A stretch of DNA of 64,000 bases from the human T2T-CHM13v2.0 reference genome, Homo sapiens: NCBI RefSeq assembly GCF_009914755.1, contig NC_060927.1; one strand, given 5' to 3'. The first letter of the stretch is position 1, and every line of letters begins with the position of its first letter. The translations under genes were made by a program, and so were the position numbers. The notes beneath the pieces are model-generated. The model worked only from the letters and a program-made list of their open reading frames with translations. It searched no databases and had not been told where the DNA came from. Shown piece by piece: positions 1 through 64,000 of the stretch.

Positions 1-5232
<5,232 letters not shown>

Positions 5233-5341
5233 ACCCAAGCCCTCTCGACTGCCCCTATCCCCTGGACCCCAACATACCTACAATGCTGGGGAGGCCCTGC
5301 TTCCACTCCCCTCAGAGGCTTTTGGTCATCCTCTGCGTGTC

Positions 5342-5347
5342 AGTAAA
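5342..5347 (+). terminator. Probable VILL poly(A) signal (variant AGTAAA)
   Basis: The only PAS-like hexamer I saw on + in the ~200 nt after the stop; GT-rich sequence follows. Confidence 0.6.
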
Positions 5348-5574
5348 AGCAGGCAGCCCATACGAGCTGTGGTATGCGTGCTTTCAAGCCCGGGCCACTC
5401 AGCAGGTCCACCTCTCAGGGGAAGGGGCCTCCAGGGCTGGCGGGTGTGAGCTCTCAGTGCCACCCCACAGAGGGGTTTATTTCTCGTTGGTCTCTCCAGA
5501 TACCCCTGCCCTACTCAACTATGTGCAAGGAAGGTGGAGAGTGAGGTGCTAGGGCTCCAGCACTCTAGGACATG

Positions 5575-5577
<3 letters not shown>

Positions 5578-5629
<52 letters not shown>
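5578..5629. repeat. (CA)n microsatellite, ~26 perfect units
   Basis: Directly visible. Confidence 0.98.
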
Positions 5630-5632
<3 letters not shown>

Positions 5633-5693
5633 TCACAGGGGATTTTTCTGGCATCCAGGTAAAGAGACCACAAGGCTTAATCTTATCGTGATT

Positions 5694-5699
5694 TTTATA
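5694..5699 (-). terminator. Probable proximal PLCD1 poly(A) signal (variant TATAAA)
   Basis: TTTATA on + strand, ~255 nt past the PLCD1 stop; a canonical AATAAA on - lies further on at 5476-5481. Confidence 0.5.
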
Positions 5700-5953
5700 A
5701 AAATCCTTGACCACTCGCTGGCCGGAGGGTGGAGAGGGCTGCAGTGTTATTCCTAACGGAATGAAGGACAGCTCCAGGGACTGGGCTAGCTCCTGGTCCC
5801 CAGGGAGGCAGCAGCAGACACTATGTTAGGGCTGAAGGCAATTTGGGGGCCTAGCTCTGAGCAAGAGGCTGGGAGCAGCCACACCAGCCCTGTCCCCACA
5901 TGTGGACAGAGGGCCCAGCCCACTCAGGGGGGACCCCACTGGCTTCCTCCAGC

Positions 5954-27720
<21,767 letters not shown>

Positions 27721-30700
27721 GCCCGACGGGCGGCGCGGCGGGAGGGGCACCGCGGGACTCACTTGAGTAGCGACAGCACCGGCGGCCTGGGGTCCGAGCG
27801 GAGTGCGGTGCAGGGACCTGAATGGACCGCGGTGGGAGGAGGCCGGGGGTGGTCCCGGGACACCGCCCCGCCCCCGCTGCCCTGCGCCCCCGCCCCCTGA
27901 GCCCGCCAACCCTCGTCTCTCCCCGCCCCCTTCTGGGGACGCGAGAGGGAGGGCAGAGCTGGGGGCCCGGAGGACTGGCCAACCCTGGCCCGGGCCAGCG
28001 GGCGCGCCCCGACCAGAAATAGCCAGATTCCTCCAGCTTCCTCCGCCGCCGCCACCCACGGGCCGCGGGCCCTGTCATTACCGCGGGCGGCCGGGCCCCA
28101 CGCCCTGTTGTGGGCGCCTCGCTGGGGTCGGGGTGATGCTGGAAAGAATCCGGCGTCATCCCGGGGAAGGGATCGTGTAAGGTCCGACGCCCAGCCGGGC
28201 TGCTGCGCTAGGGAGACGCGGCGTCCAGGCTTCCAGCCGCAGCTCCCAGCGTTCGCATTCCCTTCTGCGAAATGGGTGCACGGACACGATTAGAAGGTCT
28301 TCAGAGAGCAATACCTGGACCTTGTCGGGAGGAGGGTCCCCTTCCCTCTCGCTGGGAGGTTTCTAACCCCAAGAGTGCCTTTGGTGGAGTGTTGGGGGTG
28401 TGGGAGGGGGAAGCAAGCAGGTGCACGGATTTCACTTTTGAGCCACTCATATCCCAAAACCCCAGCGATCCATGCAGCCGAGGGGGAGGATCCCCAGGGT
28501 CCCTTCTTCAGGTGGCCTCCCAAGGGGCTGTCTGGGCAAGGTCCCTATGCAGACCCACCCCCTAACTCTTGGGACCCAGAAAACCCCCTTTATAGGTTGC
28601 CCAGAGACCCCTCCCACCACAGACCCTGGGAGGGTCCCTAGATCCTGTTGCCCACCACCCCTTTGGAGAGTCCCTTGGGAAAACTGGGCTCTTGGTGTCA
28701 GAGAGCCCCCAGAGGGCCTCCCAGGAAGCCACCCAGGCCTCCTGGGCTGATAAGGCCAATGTGAGAGTCAGGCAAAGCTAGTTGGACCAGCTCTGCGGGG
28801 AGGGGGCTGGGCTCACCCCAATCCCTCCTCTTCTGGGCCCTAGGTGGCCTTGAATAAGGGATGTGAAACAGCTGAAGGACAGTCTTCTGGTTCTGGGGGT
28901 TAAAAGTGGATCAGGACTTCTGGGCTTTGGAGAGCCCCCTGCTCTGCATGCCCCCTCTCCACAGACGGGGCTTCACCCCTTACCTGGCACTCAGCTCCAA
29001 TCCTGTCCTGCAGTGCGAACACCCCTGCCCTGGGCAGGCCTGTCAGTTCCTTCCTTGGTTTCCCTTCTGCCCAGGGCCACACTCCATGTTTGCTGAGGGA
29101 TGAGCAAATTCATACTGGCAGGCATCACTCTGGACCTCCATACAGGGGATGAGTGGGGAAGAAGGGTCCCCTTCTCTGCCCTCTGGAGGCCTCCTCAGGC
29201 CTTGGAGCCTACCACTTGCACCTCTGATACTCCTGGAGCCTGCAAGCCCCTGTACTCAGCAAATCAGGCCTCCTCAAGCCCCCCTCCTCTTCCTAGGCAG
29301 CGTCACAGTGAAACTCTGACACCAGGAGTGGACATGGCTTCATCTCAGTCATCATTCCTATGTATTCACATCATCTCCCAACTCTGAGCCCCAGGCCCCA
29401 AGCCAGGACATTACCTGGGAGCCTCTCCTTTCCCTTTGTCTATGTACCATGGTGGGGATGCAGCCAGGCTCTTCCTTTGCATGCTCCAAACCCACCTCAC
29501 AGAATCCCTCCTCTGGCCCCTGGCACAGACATAGGAGCTGCAGCCTCCTCCCTAGCCCAGGGTTCTTGGGCAGGATGGGCACTGCTGACTCAGAGCTGGC
29601 ACATGCAACCAGGTTCTGCCAGACATGAGGGCTGGGCCCCGCCCTGCTCATAGAGAAACCCGGCGGCTGCTCAGAGCCGTGGGTGAGCCCTCACTCCAGT
29701 CCTCTCCTCTCTTCCCCTGGCTATCGGCCCCTCCTGGCTCTCACAGGCTGGGAGGTGCTCTGCTGGTTCCTGCTAGGGGTAAGCCTGTGTGGTATGAGTG
29801 AACTTGTGTGGAGGGGCTGGAGCTCAGAGGAGGCAAAGAGGCTTTGTACCAAGTCACGAAGTTGCTGGATTCCATTCCCTTTGCCTTCACTCCCTCTGCC
29901 CTCAACTCCCAGGGCCGTCTGTGGGCCCAGCCCTGGCCAGGTGCCTAAATTACCCTCCTCAAAACCCAGCTCTCAGTTGCCTGTGCAAGATGCCCTGAGA
30001 TCCCGGTGACTCAGAGGGCTATTTGGCAGGCTTAGTTTGGGTACACAGAGGGCCCACACATGCCCCAAAGACTAGTTCTTTAATGGGGGAGTTTCTGGCA
30101 TCTCACTCTCCTGACCATGCCCAGTCTTCTATGTCTGTGTGAGGATGGATGGGGTGATGGAGCTTCTGGGATCACTGGAGACAGGGAAGAGAGACCTAGT
30201 GTTGGCACCAGTGCCTGCCTCAAGCCACTTCACTTGGTCTCTCCACCACTACTTTCTCTGGAGGCCTGAGGAGGGGGTATTATCACCCAAGAATGCCAAC
30301 GTTCAGGATGGTCAGGCTCCAAGCGTGCTTCAGGGCTGGCCCTTTCCAGTCCCTCCCCCATGAAATGCAAACCTAGCCCAGCTTGGGTAGGTGAGGTGAA
30401 TGGGGTTTATTCTGCCCCCTCCCTGTCTTTAGAGCCTCTGCTCCAGGATATGGGGTGAAGGGGCTGTTTAAATCTTGACTTTGCAGCTTCCTGCTGTTAA
30501 GACTTTGGAAAAGTGACTTCGCTTCTCTGAGCTCCTCAATCAGGAGCTATAATCATCCTTAGAACTGGCAGAAGTAATGGATGGCAAGTACAGGGCACAA
30601 ATAAGTACCTGCTAGAAGGCCACCAGAATCCCATATTCCCACAGCCATCCTCTGCCTGGCCTCCTCTACAGATCCAGGTGGCCAGAGCCCAACCTGAGGC

Positions 30701-31239
30701 TGTTGGTCTGAGGTCATGCCCCTGCTGCTTTTGAGGGCTGCAAAACCCCCATAGGAGCTCCCTCCAGAGGGTCATGGGCCCAAGTCCAGATGCATCAGGA
30801 GGAAAAGTGAAGGCTGCTCCTCCCAAGGGAGCAGCTGTGGCAAAGTGAGAGTCCTCAGGTCATGCAGGGTCAGATCCTCAGGTCCTGACCTTGCAGGGAT
30901 CCAGGATGCCATAGTGAACTATGAGGCTGCTGGACCTGCTGGTAGTCCCAGGACAGTATGGGATTATTTGGGGTTACTATTCTATAATTATATTTGTGGG
31001 ATTTTATTGTGTATTCATTTGTGAATGTAACTGTGATGTTTATTTCACTGTGGACTGAGTCCCAATGCTCACCTCCACCCCAGAGGCAGAATACAGTGCT
31101 TGGCATGGGGAACAGACAGGAAACTTGCCCTCAGACCCTTATCTGAAGGAGGAGGCAGAGGGTAACTCACCTGAAGGAGGAAACACACTTATGGGATGTG
31201 TGAACTGAAGAGACCCACATTTGAAAACTGTTCTGCTAT

Positions 31240-33170
<1,931 letters not shown>

Positions 33171-33508
33171 ATATGGTTCAAAACATGTTTAAAATGTCCA
33201 TGAACTCTCACATTTTGCAAATGGGATTATATTCTGGTATAATCTTTTTGGAGGGCATTTTGGCAGTATCTCAGCTATTAAAATGTGCACACCTTTGGCC
33301 AAGCACTTCTATGATATTATCCCACAGAAACATTGTACGGCTATGCAAAGTATGCACAAACATGAACAAGGTTGCTCATTACAGCATTATTTATAGGAGC
33401 AAAAAAGAAAAAAGTAGTTCTCCATGAGTTGCCATAGGACATAATAAGTGAAAAATACAAATGGCAGGACAATATCCATGTATAACATTATTTCACTTGT
33501 GTTATTAA

Positions 33509-34892
<1,384 letters not shown>

Positions 34893-37419
34893 TTATAAAA
34901 TGAAGACAGCAACTCACAAGGAATTCCCTTTGTGCCGATGAAGTCCCCAGGGGAGGGGAGCTGAAGAGTGGTTCCAAAAGTGACCTGAGCCCTGTTACCA
35001 GTGCAGGGTCGCAGCCATTCATTTCTCCAGTTAGCCAGGGAGCAAACAGAAATTGAATGCTGGGCATGGTAGAATCAGGGATGAATCCAGTTTATCAAGC
35101 AGAGAGATACTGGTAGAACAGGGACCCGAGGGTGGAGATAGGTGATGCACAGAAGAAATAGGGAGGCAGGGAAGAGAGTGTGTCAGTCGGAGGGAATGGG
35201 CAGCAGCACCAGAGGCTGCTGAGATGAGGACTGAGGGGGGACTGTTGCCACTGGAGAGACAGGAGGGTTGCTGGTAACCTTAGCCTGGAGCCAGAGGGGG
35301 GAGGGGTCATGCAAAGGGAGACCTCTCCCAGGCTAGTCAGACTCTGTGACTGTCTCTGAGGCTGTCTAGAGGCAGGGTGGAGAAGCCAAAAGTAATGGCA
35401 AGAGTCCATTGTCCTGTCCTTCCCTATAACAGGGAAGGGGGCCAGAGAGCCTCCACAAGCGGAACTGCTCCTAAATGACAAGACCACCCAACTGGGGCTC
35501 CATTTGCCACATTAGAGCAATGGAGGCCCCCAGACTGTTGCACCCCTCTTCCTACCCACAGCTCCTTCCTGCACCACTGGGGGCCTTGCATGCTTGTGGA
35601 AAATTGGAGAAATGCCTGTTTGCCAAAGCTCCCTCCACTTCCCTCCTCCTCCCCCCACCATAGCTACCCTTTTAAGTCAGCCCTGGGAGGATAAACTTAA
35701 AGAAGAGGCCTGCATAGGCCCTGGAATGAACTCAGGACATGTGGGCACATACTTTTGGGGTCCCATGTGCCTGGAGGCGAGGCACGGGGCACATCATCTT
35801 GGCCCTGTGATCTCTTACTCTGTGGGAAAGAGTGCGGGGGACAGCCAGAGATGGGCCTCTCAAGCACACAGTCCAGGGCAGGCGGCCCTGGCTTCTCAGC
35901 TCTCAGGACAGAAAAGGTCCTGGAAAGGACAAAAGAGAGAGCCAGGCCCAACCAAGAGAAGTAGAAGTGGAAGTAGCCCAGGTGTGTGGGCAAGCATGCT
36001 AGCACTCATCTCTGGAAGTGGGTTTCAGGATGTAAGGCAAGCAAACTCAGTGTGGAGTAGAAAGTGGTTGGTTGTATCACCTGTGAGCAAAAGCCATGGT
36101 GTGCAAATGACAACAGTCAATGTGATGTTATGCTGCTGCCCTGGACAAATGCAGTCCTCTTTTCCATCTCAGTGATGCTGTCATCACCCCCCTGATTGCA
36201 CACACAGGATACCTGGGAGTCATTCTTGGTGCCTGTTTCTTACCTCCCATTATCCACCAGCAAGTCTTATCAATTCTACTTTTTGGATCTATCTCCAATC
36301 CAGTTCCCTCTCTCTCATCCAATCTCCCTTCATCTCTTTCCTAACTTCTGTGCTAGTTTCCTAACTGAACTTCCTGATGCCTCTTGCCTCTCCTGTCTAT
36401 TCTCATAGCAATCAGAATGATCTTAGTAAAACAGAGCTGACCATGACATGCCCCAGCTTAAGACCCTTGATGAACCTCCTACTGCCCTCAAAATAAAGTC
36501 CAAATTCCCTATTGTGGCCTACCAACCCACTTATGATCTGGCCCTAACCTATCAGTGTCATTCCTCCACCCTCACACTCTTTAAGTTCCACTCCTCCTGA
36601 ATTTCATTCCGTCCTTCCCACATTTTTAAATATTTTGTAAAGATGGGGTCTCCCTATGTTGCCCAGGCTGGTCTCAAACTCCTGGCTTCAAGTGATCCTC
36701 GTGCCTCAGCCTCCCAAAGTGTTGGGATTACAGGTGTGAGCCACCACACACACGCTCTTATTTAGGTACTTTTTTGTTTTTTGTCATTCTACTAACTGTA
36801 GTATTGCATTGTGGTTTTAATTTCCACTTCTTTGATGACTAATGATGTTCAGTCTACTCCTTCTTTGAAATCTCTGCTTGGTTTTCATTTGTTCCAAGAA
36901 GTAATCGCTCCTTCTACAGACTAAGTTCCTGTCCTCCTTTGTAGTTCCATGACAACCAATATTTATCTCCACCTTGGCCTTAACCCACTAAAGTACAGTT
37001 GTTTTACTTTTACCTCCACACCCACCGCCATCATCACAAACACACACATACACGACTGTGCACTTCCTGAAGGCAGAAGCAGCATCATACTTCTTTGGTA
37101 TCTTCAGCAATCAGCACAGACCTGAAACACAATCTTTACACAATAAATATGATGAGTGAATGAACAGTTGCTTAACAAATTAAAGAATGGATGAAGGTAG
37201 GTAGTTAGGTACAAGGTTTTGCAGATAGGCCTGGCTGTGTCAATTAAACCTTTCTTCATGGGTCCTCACACTTAGTAAGCTCACTTTTAAAAGGACAATG
37301 CTGAAGACACAAATGTTTACAATGACCACAGCGATGACGGGATCCGAGAGAAAGGCAAGGCGGAAGGGGTGAGGCCGGAAGCCGAAGTGCCGCAGGGAGT
37401 TAGCGGCGTCTCGGTTGCC

Positions 37420-62134
<24,715 letters not shown>

Positions 62135-62211
62135 GTAGACATCTTGTTTCTTTACAGCTCCCACCCCATCTGCTTTCTTATTTTTAAAAAGTCTTTATTA
62201 TGGAAATTTTC

Positions 62212-63647
62212 TTTTTTTTTTCTTTTTTTTTTTTTTTTTTAGTATTTATTGATCATTCTTGGGTGTTTCTCGGAGAGGGGGATTTGGCAGGGTCTAGGAC
62301 AATAGTGAAGGGAAGGTCAGCAGATAAACATGTGAACAAAGGTCTCTGGTTTTCCTAGGCAGAGGGCCCTGCCGCCTTCCGCAGTGTTTGTGTCCCTGGG
62401 TACTTGAGATTAGGGAGTGGTGATGACTCTTAACGAGCATGCTGCCTTCAAGCATCTGTTTAACAAAGCACATCTTGCACCGCCCTTAATTCATTTAACC
62501 CTGAGTGGACAGAGCACATGTTTCAGAGAGCACGGGGTTGGGGGTAAGGTTATAGATTAACACCATCCCAAGGCAGAAGAATTTTTCTTAGTACAGAACA
62601 AAATGGAGTCTCCTATGTCTACTTCTTTCTATACAGACACAGTAAAAATCTGATCTCTCTTTCTTTTCCCCACATTTCCCCCTTTTCTATTTGACAAAAC
62701 CGCCATCGGCATCATGGCCCGTTCTCCATGAGCTATTGGGTACACCTCCCAGACGGGGTGGCGGCCGGGCAGAGGGGCTCCTCACTTCCCGGACGGGGCG
62801 GCCAGGCAGAGGCTCCCCCACCACCTCCCGGGAAGGGCGGCTAGCCGGGCGGGGGCTGCCCCCCACCTCCCGGACGGGGTGGCTGCGGGGCAGAGACACT
62901 CCTCAGTTCCCAGACGGGGTCGCGGCCGGGCAGAGGCGCTCCTCACATCTCAGACGGGGCGGCGGGGCAGAGGCGCTCCCCACATCCCAGACGATGGGCG
63001 GCCGGGCAGAGACGCTCCTCACTTCCTAGATGGGATGACGGCCAGGAAGAGGCGCTCCTCACTTCCCAGACTGGGCGGCCGGGCAGAGGGGCTCCTCACA
63101 TCCCAGACGATGGGCGGCCAGGCAGAGACGCTCCTCACTTCCTAGATGGGGTGGCGGCCGGGCAGAGGCTGCAAACTCGGCACTTTGGGAGGCCAAGGCA
63201 GGCGGCTGGGAGGTGGAGGTTGTAGCGAGCCGAGATCATGCCACTGCACTCCAGCCTGGGCAACATTGAGCACTGAGTGAGCGAGACTCCGTCTGCAATC
63301 CCGGCACCTCGGGAGGCCGAGGCTGGCAGATCACTCGTGGTCAGGAGCTGGAGACCAGCCCGGCCAGCACAGCGAAACCCCGTCTCCACCAAAAAATACG
63401 AAAACCAGTCATGCGTGGCGGCGCACGCCTGCAATCGCAGGCACTCGGCAGGCTGAGGCAGGAGAATCAGGCAGGGAGGTTGTAGTGAGTCGAGATGGCG
63501 GCAGTACAGTCCAGCCTCCGCTTGGTATCAGAGGGAGACCGTGCAGAGGGAGAGGGAGAGGGAGGAGAGGGAGACCGTGCAGAGGGAGAGGGAGAGGGAG
63601 AGGGAGGAGAGGAAGACCGTGCAGAGGGAAAGGGAGAGGGAGAGGGC
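62212..63647 (-). mobile_element. SVA retrotransposon, antisense to DLEC1
   Basis: Poly(T) 62212-62240, SINE-R, VNTR, Alu-like part, (AGAGGG)n; 10-bp TSD GGAAATTTTC at 62202-62211 and 63648-63657. Confidence 0.96.
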
Positions 63648-64000
63648 GGAAATTTTCAACTGTACACAAAACTAGGGAAAAGACTATAACTACTCCTCAT
63701 GTGCCCAATATGCAGCTTCAACAGTTATCTACATTTTGCCAGTCTGGTTTTGTCTATTACTCCTACAACCTCTTCATGTACACATCTATATGCACATGTA
63801 TGTGCTGGAGTCATAGAAGGAAAATATGATATCATGTCATTCTTCAGTTAATACATCAATTAGTATCTCTAACAGATAAGGGTTTTAAAAAGTAACCATA
63901 GTACCACTGTCACACCCAGCCATATTAATAATGATTCCTTAATATCAACTAATACCCATCTATGTCTGATCTTCATTTGTTTTAAAAAAAAGTCCATTTA

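Overview
Hominoid, almost certainly human, genomic DNA that I recognise as the 3p22 VILL-PLCD1-DLEC1 locus. It holds the last 8 coding exons of VILL (+ strand, 1-5232, ending in a villin headpiece). The complete PLCD1 gene follows on the - strand: 14 shared exons plus two alternative first exons, which I assembled into 756-aa and 777-aa frames. The first 6 exons of the ciliary gene DLEC1 (CFAP81) start on the + strand at 37420. The introns carry about 30 Alus, L1/L2/MIR/LTR/DNA-transposon relics, a Y3 RNA retrocopy, a PPP2R2D-type processed pseudogene and two SVA elements with intact target-site duplications. I found no convincing new protein-coding gene or prokaryote-style system. The best leads are at the RNA and genome-architecture level: (1) a retrocopy that appears to fossilise a non-canonical PPP2R2D transcript, possibly spanning ~7.3 kb; (2) two inverted SVAs bracketing DLEC1 exons 3-6; (3) a consensus RFX X-box centred on the DLEC1 start codon with a forkhead site upstream; (4) a U12-type intron in PLCD1; (5) a MADE1 hairpin with symmetric changes in both arms; (6) a (GT)n microsatellite between the convergent VILL and PLCD1 3' ends; and (7) an old local duplication flanking DLEC1 exon 2. 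Exon coordinates were read by hand from splice signals and frame continuity. Repeat boundaries and subfamily names are approximate and come from memory of consensus sequences.
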